Positions 52,271 to 64,000 of a DNA stretch of 64,000 nt are shown piece after piece. The notes beneath the pieces were generated by a model. That model saw only the letters and a program-made list of their open reading frames with translations. It was not told where the DNA came from and did not search any database. The translations under genes were made by a program, and so were the position numbers. Position 1 is the stretch's first letter, and each line of letters starts with the position of its first letter. Where the stretch lies: positions 81,778,001 through 81,842,000 of the forward strand of contig NC_058374.1 in assembly GCF_018350175.1 (NCBI RefSeq), read 5' to 3'. Origin of the DNA: Felis catus. Lineage: Eukaryota.

Positions 52271-52462
52271 AAAAAAATTTTTTTAACGTTTTATTTACTT
52301 TTGAGACAGGGAGAGACAGAGCATGAACAGGGGAGGGTCAGAGAGAGGGAGACACAGAACCTGAAACAGGCCATGACCTGAGCCAAAGGTCATGACCTGA
52401 GCCAAAGGTCATGACCTGAGCCGAAGTTGGCCGCTTAACCCACTGAACCACCCAGGCACCGC
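52271..52462 (-). mobile_element. CanSINE (second of tandem pair), internally rearranged
   Basis: catgacctgagcc x3; TSD ag(a/g)aagtaaccattt. Confidence 0.9.
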
Positions 52463-54238
52463 AGGAAGTAACCATTTTAAAACACACCAAAATTGTTCCT
52501 CATCACAAAAATTTTCAAGGAACTTTACTATATCCTTATCCCACCTGGGCAAAGCACCTTACTCACAGTCCAATCTTCTCTAAACTTCATGTCTCAACTC
52601 AAAGGCGAGTATTTGGGACAATTATACCACTGGAGAAACAGTCATGAAAAATCACAGTTTAGAGACACAGGCCTAAGATACTGAGGTGTAATCACAAGAT
52701 TACAGAACACTATCCCTTTGCCACAACTACCATCACACAATATACAATACAGTAACAGTGGATTACAGCTGCAGAGCTCTTCTCATTCCTGGAAAGAAGC
52801 CTGAAGTCAAGAGGGGGGAGACAAAAGCAAAGACACTAAAAGATATGAAAACTTCTTCAACCTACAGCTTCAGCAACAGCAATTAGTAAACACATCGAAG
52901 CAAAATTATCCTAGCAAGATTATACTAAATCTTCATACTAATGGCCTATTTACATCAGTTTACGTTTCAATGACAAAAAAAAATTTACAATACATAGCAA
53001 AGGAAACAAACAAAAACCAACAAACAAAAACACCGTACCATCGGAAGGGATAAAGCAAGCTACCGAATCAGAGTGGATATGCCACAGATGTTAAAGATAT
53101 CTAGCAAGGAATTGAAAATAACTATGGTTAATATGGTAAGGACTCTAAAAGAAAAAGTAGAAAACATATAATGACAGATGACAAAATTAAGTGAAGAAAT
53201 GAAAATTATAAGAATCAAAGGAAATACCAGGAATCTAAAACACTGTAACCGAAATGAAGAATGCCTTTGATAGGCACATGAGTGGATTGAACCAGGCGGA
53301 GGAAAGAATCAGTGGTTTCTGAAGACAGCTCAATGAAAAGTTACCAAACCAAAATGCAAAGAGAAAAAAGAAAAAAAGAAAAAATTAACAGAGAATATGG
53401 GACAATCCCAAAACTTGTGACATAGGCATAACTGAAATACCAGAAAGAGAAAAGTGAGAAAAAAGAAATATTTGATGAAATAGTGGCTGTAAATAGAACT
53501 TTCCAAATTAATGACAGAAGCAAATACACAGATAAAAGAAAATTAATAGAACACCAAGCAGGACAAATAAAAAAAATTTTTTTCAACTACTCATATTATA
53601 TTCAAATGCAGAAAATAGAAAGAAAATCTTGAAATAATCCAGAGAAAAATACAGCATACCTAGAGAAGAACAAGAGTGAAATTACAACACATTTTTAATC
53701 AGAAAATATGCAAGCAAGCAGAGAATGGAGAGAAATATTTAAAGTGTTTAAAGAGAAAAAGCACTAACTATACACAGTTAAATTATACTTCAAAAGTTAA
53801 GGAGAAATAAAGACTTTGTCAGACAAACACGAACTGAATGAATTCACTATCAGCAGGCCTGACCTGAAAGAAGTTTTTCAAAAGTTCTTCCAAAGGAAAA
53901 TTATACAGATCAGAAACCCTATTCTACACAAAGAGGGACACTGAAGAAAAAATAATTAAAAGTAAAATACAGTACACTCACTATAAAAATAAATTAATGA
54001 GGACAGCAAGGTATTGTCAAAAGAATATCCATAAAGATCAAAATTAACGAAGACAGCATGGTATTGACAAAAGAATATATGTAAAGATCAATGAAACAGA
54101 AGAGAGATTCCAGAAATAACACACATACAGTCAGTTGATTTTTGACAAAGGAACAAAGGCAATTTAATTGAGAAAGGTTAATCTTTTCCACAAATGGTAC
54201 TGGTAGAATTAGACATCCATATAAAAAAAATAAATCTA

Positions 54239-54458
54239 GGGGCACCTGGGTGGCTCAGTCGGTTAAGCGTCCGACTTCAGCTCAGGTCATGATCTCACAG
54301 TCTGTGAGTTTGAGCCCCACATCAGGCTCTGTGCTGACAACTCAGAGCCTGGAGCCTGCTTCGGATTCTGTGTCTCCCTCTCTCTCTGCCCCTCTCCTGC
54401 TCATGCTCTGTCTCTCTATGTCTCAAAAATAAATAAAAACATTAAAAAAAATTTTTTT
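54239..54458 (+). mobile_element. SINEC_Fc-type SINE
   Basis: TSD aaataaatctag. Confidence 0.94.
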
Positions 54459-55909
54459 AAATAAATCTAGACACAGACCTTTCTCAAAATTAACTCAAAA
54501 TGGATCATAGACCTACTATAAAACTTGAACAATAAGTAATTGGATGGTGGGTGGTAGAGTCAGAATTCTCACTTTTGGAATAGGAGGTTACAGAGAAGAA
54601 GGGAAGGAAAGTTACATATAGTAATATTTATACATATGTATTTATACACAGGTTATTAGGATCACATGTATTTCCTGGTTCTGTCCTCTTAGTCAAGAAA
54701 CAATGACACTATGGTAGCAATCAACACACCTAGAGCCCAGATCTTGGTTTCTAATACTATTCGCCAATAAAAGTAACTGGGTATTACTGCAGAAATGTTT
54801 GATTACAGGGCTGTGGTAAGGAATATACAAGATGATCCTGAAGCATCTTACAGTACCAGAAAATAAGTAAGCAATTTTTTAAAAACAACTATGATGGATG
54901 GATGTCAAATGAAAGAGTAGCCAACTTGAAAGGCCCCCAATGGCCAAAGCTAGAAAAATTTAGCAACAACATAAATTAGTATTGAATATAATTCAAAGTA
55001 CAAAACAGTTCCATGAGTCCATACTGATATAAATAATTGAATAAATTAATAAATGAGAAAGAATACACAAATTTTCCATGTAAAGGAATCCCAAATAATT
55101 TACTCCATCTTCTAGGCAGAGTGTAATTCCCAACCATGCAGCATGGACTGCACATACTACAGAGTACAGTGTGGAAAGTGGAGGTAGCACCCTTAACAGT
55201 GAAGTATCTAACTATCAGTACCTAAGGTGATCAAAGTTCACACCAGCAGTGATAAATCACATTGATTGTACCAACTCATGACATGGATGTGATGAAAATG
55301 GTAAATTTAACTCAATGGTCTTCCCCAAAACACATGACCCTAATTTAATCCAAGACTAACATCATATAAATCCCAGTTGATCAAAATACTTGATCAGAGT
55401 TCTCAAAACTCTCAAGATCATCAAAATTCTGAGAGATTGTCACAGCCAAAAGAAGCCTAAGGATGATTATAGTACTGTACTATATCCTCAAAGAGATCCA
55501 GGAATAGAAACAATATATTAGGTAAAAATCAAGGAAATCTAAATAAATTAAGTTCTTTAGCTAATAATAATGTGTTAACCCAATAATGTATTAATAACTT
55601 ATCAGTTCACTAATTGTAATGACTATACCATATTAACGTGTTAATAATAGGAGAAACTGTGTCAGGGATATGTAGTAATTCTCTGTTCTATCTTTACAAT
55701 TTTTCCATAATTCTAAAACTGTCTTAAATAAAAAATGTATCCAAAAAACCCTGATGATATCTTGACTGGAATGTTGTTGAATCTATCAATACATTTGCTA
55801 AATATTGACACCTTGAAAATATTGAGCCTTCTAAAGCATGAGGATTTCATAGCTTTCTGTTTAGTTATTATGCTATTTTTTTATTCTCCATGACAAAGAA
55901 TTAGTTTAT

Positions 55910-56975
55910 TTTTTTATTGAAGCAGAAGTAACATTCGATGTTATATTAGTTTCAGGTGTACAACATAGTGATTCAAAAATTCTATACATTACCCATTGTT
56001 CACCAAAGTAAGTACTATACTGGATATTATCACAATAATATTGACTATATTCCATATGCTGTATTTTTCACCTATTTGACTTATGTAACTGGAAGTTTGT
56101 ACCTCTTAATCCCCTTTACCTACTTCACTCATTCCCCCAATCACCTCCCCTCTAGCACCAGTTTGTTCTCTGCATTTAAGAGTCTATTTTTNNNNNNNNN
56201 NNNNNNNNNNNNNNNNNNNNNNNNNNNNNNNNNNNNNNNNNNNNNNNNNNNNNNNNNNNNNNNNNNNNNNNNNNNNNNNNNNNNNNNNNNNNNNNNNNNN
56301 NNNNNNNNNNNNNNNNNNNNNNNNNNNNNNNNNNNNNNNNNNNNNNNNNNNNNNNNNNNNNNNNNNNNTTTTTATCCATTTACCTATCAAAGGACACTGG
56401 GTTACTTCCACATCTTGGTGAATGTAAATAATGCTGCAATAAGTATAGAGGTGCATATATCTTTCTGAAGATTACTGGATCATACGGTATTTTTATTTTT
56501 AAATTTTTGATGGACTTCCATGTTGTTTTCCACAATGGCTGCAACAATTTTACATTCCCACCAACAGTGCATAACGGTTCCCTTTCTCTTCCACATTCTC
56601 ACCAACACTTGTTAGTTCTTGCCTTTTTGATTCTAGCCATTCTGACAGTTGTAAGGTGATACCTCATTGTGGTTTTGATTTACATTTCCCTGATGATTAA
56701 TGATGTTGAGCACCTTTTCATGTGTCTTTGGCCATCTCTATGTCTTCTTTGGAAAAATGCCTACTCAGATCCCCTGCTCATTTTTTATTGATTCCTTGTT
56801 CTTTTGTAGATGTTGACTTTGTATAATTTCTTTATATATTGTGAATATTACCTCTTATTAGATTTATCATTTGCAAGTACCTTCTACCATTCAGGAGGTT
56901 GCCTTTTCATTTTGTTGATGGTTTCCTTCACTGTGCAAAAGCTCTTTATTTTGGTGTAGTCCCAATAGTTTGTTT
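55910..56975 (-). mobile_element. L1 3' end and ORF2 C-terminus, antisense
   Basis: cattcccaccaacagtg, ctcattgtggttttgattt and gatgttgagcaccttttcatgtg; poly(T) at left. Confidence 0.9.
56192..56368. other. Assembly gap
   Basis: N run. Confidence 1.
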
Positions 56976-57304
56976 ATTCTCAATATACTTTTATTAACAA
57001 AATATTTGAATAGCATTTTATACACTTGTAGCCCTTTATTCTTGCTTTTTTCTGTTTCTTTACAAGTTTACATGTAATTATGTAATTGGATTATAGTACC
57101 TCAACAGACACTTATCTAAGGTCAAAATAAAATAACATTGACGATAGGAAATCCTAAAGAATTCTAAGACTGCTTTTTCCTCACTGCTATTCTTTGCACT
57201 TATATACCCCTCTGAAATGGAATGTGGTTTTTTTTTTTTAATCATTTCCCAAGGATACCTAATCAAAATTATTCAACTAAACTTTAGGGTACATTCATCA
57301 GGAA

Positions 57305-57470
57305 CATCTCTCTCCAGAGACATTTTAATTGGTTTCCTACAAGAATCCCCTATGACTACTTTTTTTGAATCCCCTGTGACTACTTTTTTTGAACATCAAG
57401 AAAGATGATTAATTTTTGAAATTACATTTCACCAGCATACCAAAGTGATCCCTTGTGACTATTTTTAGAA
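57305..57470 (+). promoter_or_regulatory. Candidate promoter of OR 59420
   Basis: TCTCCAGAGA-CATTT-TAATTGG plus three TCCCYTRTGA O/E-like sites; donors aag|gtaata (57520) and cag|gtaaat (57580) downstream. Confidence 0.45.
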
Positions 57471-58471
57471 AAAAAGATACCTGTTTGTTTTAGTAACAAT
57501 GGTTAGAAAACCACAGGAAGGTAATAAAAAGTTTACAAAAATGAACTCATGTTTATTTTATAAAAGTTACTGTGAATCAGGTAAATGTTATATTAGTAGG
57601 TCTTCCTAGGATCTAGGGTTAGGAAGGATATTGTTTTTATGGAAATTCTGGAAAACAAGGGATTTTAATGTGTGGTCTTGGATTGTGCAATTTAAGATAG
57701 TTTCTTACATTTCAAGGAGTTTCTGTCTCACAAATTTTTATCCATTCCCATGCAGCTCACCTCTTTCCTATAGCTGTTATACCTTGATTTTCACTCATGG
57801 TTTGAGCCTTTCCTTCTTATGAACAAAGAGCTTTACTTAATTAACGAGCAAAATGGACAACTTTGTCACCCCTATTTCACTGTAACTACTTTTTCTTTAT
57901 TTTGAGAGTCTTACCCACATTCCAGGAAAGTTTAGTCTCTAGTTCTGCTGTGTAACCAGCCAGAAACTTAGAGCAGGGGTCTGTTTTGCTGCTGGCTCCT
58001 CCTTCTCCACCTCTCTAGTTCTACTCCTAAGCAATGAGTTAGTGCCGGAGACACTGCTACCCAATGAAAATTTTTTGCAATACCATTTGAGTCTCGGTCT
58101 TCCAGACTTAACATGGATTGACTACGTGGGACTAACCATAGAGCTAGTTCCACCATGTGTGTCACCAACTCTTTTCTGGATCACCTGTTATAGAACCTCT
58201 TGAATACTTGCACCTTCTACCTGCAACTGGGACTGTGTCAACTTTCTATCAGGGCCTCCCTGACTTTAGGAATAAACTTTCTCCTGAATTTATTCTTCAG
58301 TACGTTCCACCTCACTCTACGAAACCAGGATTATCCTGCCAAATTCCACCTACATGCTACAGAAATAGGTTCTTGCGTCATAAAATTAAAGGCAGAAACA
58401 AATTGTGAAGTCTATAAAATGCTCCAAAAGTAAAGCCGCCAACACTGACCCTCAATTAAAGTAAGGCAACA

Positions 58472-58691
58472 GGGGCGCCTGGGTGGCTCAGTCGGTTAAG
58501 CGGCCGACTTTGGCCCAGGTCATGATCTCACGGTCTGTGAGTTCGAGCCCTGTGTCGGACTCTGTGCTGACAGCTCAGAGCCTGGAGCCTGTTTCAGATT
58601 CTGTGTCTCCCTCTCTCTCTGACCCTGTTCATGCTCTGTCTCTCTCTGTCTCAAAAATAAATAAACGTTAAAAAAAATTAAAAGAAAAAAA
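58472..58691 (+). mobile_element. SINEC_Fc-type SINE
   Basis: TSD taaagtaaggcaacag. Confidence 0.95.
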
Positions 58692-59419
58692 TAAAGTAAG
58701 GCAACAGAACATTTGTACTTGAGCAGTTACATTTTTACCACGTGGGATTATATAACTGTAAGTATATTTTTCATTTCTTACCTCATTTTTTTTCCATTTT
58801 CTGATCAATTTATAACTTAAATCACTCAAGTTTGTCTTCTAAAAAGTAATAGCTTATTATTTAATTCAGAAAGGGAAATGTTTAATTCTTACTTTGCTTA
58901 GGATTATATAATTTTTTTTATTTTATAGCCCTGATTCTTTTAAGTTGGTAATTCTCTGTATAGGCAGGACTGACATGAAACATCTTGAAAAACTTGTAGA
59001 AACTATTTAAAAAAGGAAACTTCAATTGTTTTATTTTGAGAAAAATTATTAGAACATGTAGTCATTGGTAAAATATTTTAATAGAAATAAAATATTTTTT
59101 ATAGTTTTCATATACACTATAAGATTTTTAAAAGAAAACAAAACACATTTAAGTATATTTTCATATACAGATGTCAAGTGACTCAGTCAATTTTAAATGG
59201 CTAGTGATCTACAAAGAAGATACTAGGTATAAGTTTATTTGTCCTGGCTCATACAGATTTTCAGAATTCAGTACAATTTGGTGGCTAATTTATTGGTCTG
59301 TTACATATCTTATATATTTCTTAACTATCACACAGAAGTGATAAAAAATAATACTGGACTCACACAAATCATTGTTTCTTGTTTGCATTTATAGACTTGG
59401 GAGAAGTCAGCAATGAGAA

Positions 59420-60355
59420 ATGAAAAATCAAACATCTGTAAAAGAGTTCATTCTTCTTGGATTAACAAATGACCCAAAGCTAAATGTTTTGATTTTTCTA
59501 TTTCTATTTTTCACATATATACTGAGTATAACTGGAAACCTGACAATTATCACCCTCACTCTGATAGATCCTCACCTTAAAACTCCGATGTATTTCTTCC
59601 TTAGGAATTTCTCTTTTCTAGAAATCGCATTCACAACAGTTTGCATTCCTAGATTTCTGGCCAGCATTATAACAGGGGATATGACTATTTCCTATAATTC
59701 TTGCATGGTCCAGGTGTTTTTCTTTATACTCCTTGGCTCGACAGAATTTTTTCTTCTGACTGCTATGTCTTATGATCGGTATATAGCTATCTGTAAGCCA
59801 TTGCATTACACAACAATAATGAACAGCAGAATTTGCAACCAGCTTGTAATTAGCTCTTGGCTGGCTGGATTTCTCATTATCTTTCCACCTGTCATGATGG
59901 GACTTCAACTGGATTTCTGTGACTCCAACATCATTGACCATTTCACCTGTGACTCTTCTCCTATGCTGTTGATCTCCTGCACGGACACAGCATTCCTAGA
60001 GCTCCTGGGATTCTTCCTAGCAGTATTCACACTCATGGTGACCTTAATATTAGTGACTCTTTCCTATGTATTCATCCTTAAAACAATTCTGAGAATCCCC
60101 TCGCCTGAGCAAAGGAAAAAGGCCTTTTCCACTTGTTCCTCACACATGATTGTAGTTTCCATTTCTTATGGAAGTTGCATTTTCATGTACATCAAAACTT
60201 CAGCAAAAGAAGGAGTGGCTTTGACCAAGGGTATAGCAGTGCTCAATACTTCTGTTGCCCCAATGCTAAATCCTTTTATTTACTCCCTAAGGAACCAACA
60301 GGTAAAGCAGTCCTTCAAGAACTTAGTCAACAAATGCTTCTCAAATAAACCTTAA
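59420..60355 (+). CDS. Olfactory receptor OR6C, OR6C65/OR6C66-like, intact, 311 aa
   Basis: NQT sequon, [58 protein letters not shown]; acceptor tttatag ending at 59394. Confidence 0.97.
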   Translation: MKNQTSVKEFILLGLTNDPKLNVLIFLFLFFTYILSITGNLTIITLTLIDPHLKTPMYFFLRNFSFLEIAFTTVCIPRFLASIITGDMTISYNSCMVQVFFFILLGSTEFFLLTAMSYDRYIAICKPLHYTTIMNSRICNQLVISSWLAGFLIIFPPVMMGLQLDFCDSNIIDHFTCDSSPMLLISCTDTAFLELLGFFLAVFTLMVTLILVTLSYVFILKTILRIPSPEQRKKAFSTCSSHMIVVSISYGSCIFMYIKTSAKEGVALTKGIAVLNTSVAPMLNPFIYSLRNQQVKQSFKNLVNKCFSNKP

Positions 60356-60667
60356 TCATTAAGAAATTCATGACTTGAACTTTAAATGGAATCTTATGAC
60401 TAACACAATATTAACACTGTTACATTTCTCCACCCACTACAATATTCAACTTCCTTTCCTTCAGCTTTTGTTCTCCATTTATCCTATTTTGACCTTACGT
60501 GGTTCGACTATCTTTTTACATTTACATGCCCTGAAAATTTTCTGAGGATGAGTGATTTGATGTCACATGAATGTGAATAACATTTAACAATGCCAATATT
60601 TAGTTTTAATCATTGAAGAACTTTCCCTTTGCACACCAAACAGATGCTAAATAAAATTCTAAGCAGT

Positions 60668-60681
60668 TCTTTTTTTTTTCC

Positions 60682-60716
<35 letters not shown>

Positions 60717-60893
60717 TAATGCACACACATGAGCGTGAGTGGGGGTGGGTCAGAGAGAGAGGGAGACAGAGAATCCCAAATAGGCTTCCTGCTGTCAGCA
60801 CAGAGCCTGACATGGGGCTCGACCAACCTTGAGATCATGACCGGAGCCAGTCAGCAGTCGGATGTTTAACAGACTGAGCCACCCAGGCACCCC
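60668..60893 (-). mobile_element. CanSINE
   Basis: TSD ctaagca(g/a)ttct. Confidence 0.9.
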
Positions 60894-61301
60894 TAAGCAA
60901 TTCTAAAAAGTTATTTCTCCCAGTGCATAAGCATTGATAATGTCCTTTTTGGACTAAATTTGAAAGTTACTAGAAGTATGGCATTGCCATTTCTGTAAGA
61001 TCTCAATATTTTCACCACAAAGCATCTTGAATGAACTACCCTGATGATTGTTACACAGCCCATTATGTTCTTTTAATTTGCTAATGCTGAGTCTGGAGCT
61101 TATCTGAGGCTCTCTTAGAAAGAGTCAGGCATGCCTTTGGTTTCCTATGATCCAATGTCTCTTTTGTTTTGTTTTTTTTGGAAATTAAACCATATGCTTT
61201 CTTTCTCTCAGGTAGTTCTCAAAATTTCTGGTACAATGATGGTACCCCAAAATGTTTTCCAGTGTTCATATGCTTTCATTCTTTTAAAAATGAAAAATAT
61301 A

Positions 61302-61520
61302 GGGGCACCTGGGTGGCATCCGACTTCAGTTCAGGTCATGATCTCACACAATTTGTGGGTTTGAGCCCTGCATCAGGCTCTATGATGACAGCTCAGAGCC
61401 TGAAGCCTGCTTTAGATGCTGTGTCTCCCTGTCTCTCTGCCCCTCCCCTGCTTGTGCTCTCTCTCTCTCAAAAATAAACATTAAAAAATAATAATTTAAA
61501 AATAATTTTAAAATAAAAAA
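61302..61520 (+). mobile_element. CanSINE with A-box deletion
   Basis: gggtggc joined directly to atccgacttcag. Confidence 0.88.
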
Positions 61521-62943
61521 TATAAAAATATATCTCTTTCAGAATTTTTGCAGACATTGAAGGATATGGATTTAAGCATGCTTGCACCATCCAAACCTTA
61601 CAAGAAATCTTTCCTTTAAGAAATTTTTAATTATTGCTCTATATTTTAAGAAAACTTAAATTAATATTTGTCTATCTGCTTCCTTCCTCTCTTCTTCCTC
61701 AAGCAATGCATGAACACATGAAATCATTTAACTTACCATCAGAACACTTTTCCTCACTGTTTATTTGAATTTTCAATGCTTGAGTTCCCTTTTCTCACCA
61801 TAAAAAGAATGAGTTCTTCTAATAAGTGTTTATAGAAACAGAGTTACACATAATCAAAAACAGTTGAAAACTAAATTCTACCTGAAAGCATGAATGTCTA
61901 AAACATCTGTATAATATTTACAATTGTGTCTCAACAAAAACATTTACTACATCTGCTGGTAAAAACTGTTTTACTCAATTTGATAGTAACTTTAATTAAA
62001 TTTGAAAGTACAGTGGACTCTCTTCTTAGGCATCAGAAATGTGAATTATCCAGCTATTCCAGAATTATGTTCTTGTTTCCCTCTTTGCTTTACAAAGCTT
62101 TTCATTTTTCAGTTGTTGCTTTGGAGTTGGATTCTATGTAAATCTAAATACTTAATTTGCATCTATTGATGCAGATATGACTCAATCAGTGTGGTGCTCA
62201 ATAAAGTCCAGATCATTCAATGCACACAGGCAGAGAGAGAACTAGTGTGTTTGTATTTAAAACAAATTATCAGAAAAAAAATACACAGACATATTATAAA
62301 TTTTACTAATATAATTTACAAATAATAATGAAACATACAATGAACTTCATTGGAAATTCTATGTAACCAATTGATTTTCACAGAATGATTTCAGAAATTT
62401 TTACCAAACTCATCTCCATAATAATCTAAGTTTGCAAATCAGCCATAGTTTGACAAATGCAGCTGATTTAACACTGTAGCACTCAAATGCACAATTACAG
62501 TCAGAAGTTTCTACACACTCAGTAATTGATAGAAAAGGTTGAAGGTTATGGAAATCTTGAACAACCTTATCAATGAAATTGACCAAATTGACATATTCAG
62601 AATGCTCCATCCAACATCAACAGAATATTCTTTCCAGTATTACACAAAACATTACCATAATAGATCATAATCTGAGTGACAAAAAAGTCATAATAAGTTT
62701 ACAATATTCAAGTCATGCATAGTATATTTACTGAACACTATGTAATTAACTTAGAAATCAATTATGGTAAGATATCTGGAAAACCCACTATTATTTGGAA
62801 ACTGAATAACACATATATGACCCATGGGTTGAAGGAAATCAAAGAAAAAATGCCATGTAAACAAAATTATGACAAAATTTGTGGGATGCAGCTAAAGCAT
62901 AACTTAAAAAGAAACTTAAGACTCTAAAATTAGAAAAGAACAT

Positions 62944-63170
62944 GAGGCGCCTGGGTGGCTCAGTCGGTTGAACATCCAGCTTTGGCTCAGGTCATGAGCT
63001 CACGGTTTGTGAGTTCGAGCCCCATGTCGGGCGATGTGCTGACAGCTCAGAGCCTGGAGCCTGTTTCAGATTCTGTGTCTCCCTCTCTCTCTGCTCCTCC
63101 CCTGCTTGTGCTCTCTCTCTCTCCCTCTCTCTCTCTCTCTCTCAAAAATAAACATTAAAGAAAAAAAAAG
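62944..63170 (+). mobile_element. CanSINE in L1
   Basis: Head-to-tail structure. Confidence 0.93.
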
Positions 63171-63649
63171 AAAAGGACAAAATTCTCAGATCAATAACCC
63201 CAGTATCCATTTCAATCAACTATCAAAATAGTAGAGAAAATTCAGAGTAGGCAGATGAAAGGGAATAATAAAGATCAATGTGAAACTCAGTGAAATAGAA
63301 AACAAAAAAATAAGAAAATATCAATAAAACTAAATATGATTCCCAAAAAATATCATCAAAATTGATAAATTTATAGGGAGATTGAAGATGAAAAACACAG
63401 AAAAGATACAAATTACCAGTATCAGAGAAGTCAGTATCAGAGAAGACCACTATCAGACATTCTTAGTGAACAATAACATGGAGATTTTTGAACAGATTTA
63501 GGTCAACTAATTAAAAAATATTAAAGAAATGGAAAATCCCTTGAAAGACAATCACAATAAAATGTCAGTCAAGGGGGGGAAAAAAGATATGATAGGTCTA
63601 TATCTGTTGTAGAAATTGAACTTATAATTAAGAAATATTCCACAAAGAT

Positions 63650-63845
63650 GGGGCATCTGAGTGGCTTAGTAGGTTAAGTGACTGACTTCAGCTCAGGTCA
63701 TGATCTTGCAGTTCAAGCCCTGTGTCAGGCTCTGTGCTGACAGCTCAGAGCCTGGAGCCTGCTTCAAATTCTGTGTCTCCCTCTCTGTCTGCTCCTCCCC
63801 TGCTCATGCTCTCTCTCTCAAAAATAAATAAACATTAAGAAAGAA
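63650..63845 (+). mobile_element. CanSINE in L1
   Basis: TSD aagaaatattcca(c/t)aaaga. Confidence 0.93.
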
Positions 63846-64000
63846 AAGAAATATTCCATAAAGAAAATTCCTTATTCACCAGTAATTTCCACAAAATATT
63901 TAAGGAAGCAATACTAATAATTACACACTGCTCCCCCAGGATATATTAGAGTAGGGAATACTTTCCAACTCATCCTATGAAAATAAATTATCCTTATCCT

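Larger units (their letters stand above)
51670..55740 (+). mobile_element. Ancient L1M(C/D)-like element: 5' UTR, ORF1, ORF2 piece and 3' UTR, internally deleted
   Basis: ORF1-like gaaatgaagaatgcctttga and gaaataaagacttt; ORF2 C-terminal tgatttttgacaaagg and aaaattaactcaaaatggatcatagacct; 3' end ttctaaaactgtcttaaataaaa. Confidence 0.7.
62520..64000 (+). mobile_element. Ancient L1 ORF2 (endonuclease/linker) fragments
   Basis: gacatattcagaatgctccatccaac, atttggaaactgaataacac, aaaattgataaa and actttccaactcatcctatga. Confidence 0.85.

Noticed and set aside
4050-56468. ORFs containing X runs
   Set aside because: Artefacts of translating across N gaps.
11613-60348. Antisense and shifted-frame ORFs overlapping ORs (11613-11897, 21242-21442, 29097-29438, 44140-44358, 59618-59941 and others) that resemble each other
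   Set aside because: They are shadows of paralogous OR codons with inconsistent ends; there is no independent evidence.
235-63158. Recurring short ORFs such as MAQSVKRPTSAQVMIS...LEPASDSVSPSLS and ...RERQSMNGGGAEREGDTESETGSRL, which resemble a repeated peptide family
   Set aside because: They are translations of CanSINE copies with TSDs and A-tails, often using non-ATG starts; they are not genes.

Overview
AT-rich mammalian genomic DNA, almost certainly from a felid, judged from about 35 tRNA-derived CanSINE/SINEC_Fc copies and carnivore L1. It comes from a gapped assembly with four N-runs. The window is part of a class II olfactory receptor cluster of family 6, subfamily C. Five intact single-exon OR CDSs (OR6C3-, OR6C1-, OR6C3/7-, OR6C75- and OR6C65/66-like) and one multiply frameshifted OR6C5-like pseudogene all lie on the + strand. 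Spacers contain SINEs, L1 fragments, ERV/MaLR LTRs, MIR/L2 relics, a hAT MITE and a decayed Tigger transposase. I found no evidence of a new protein-coding system: every other ORF in the track is explained by repeats, OR shadow frames, gaps or chance. The most interesting signals are regulatory or structural. They include a near-copy of the H/P-element homeodomain motif beside an O/E site, a duplicated O/E-like promoter unit, a SINE-made poly(A) site just before an intact OR exon, an L1 fused to the pseudogene's splice acceptor, and nested or same-site insertions. Gene and repeat names are from recall, not database searches, and repeat boundaries are approximate.
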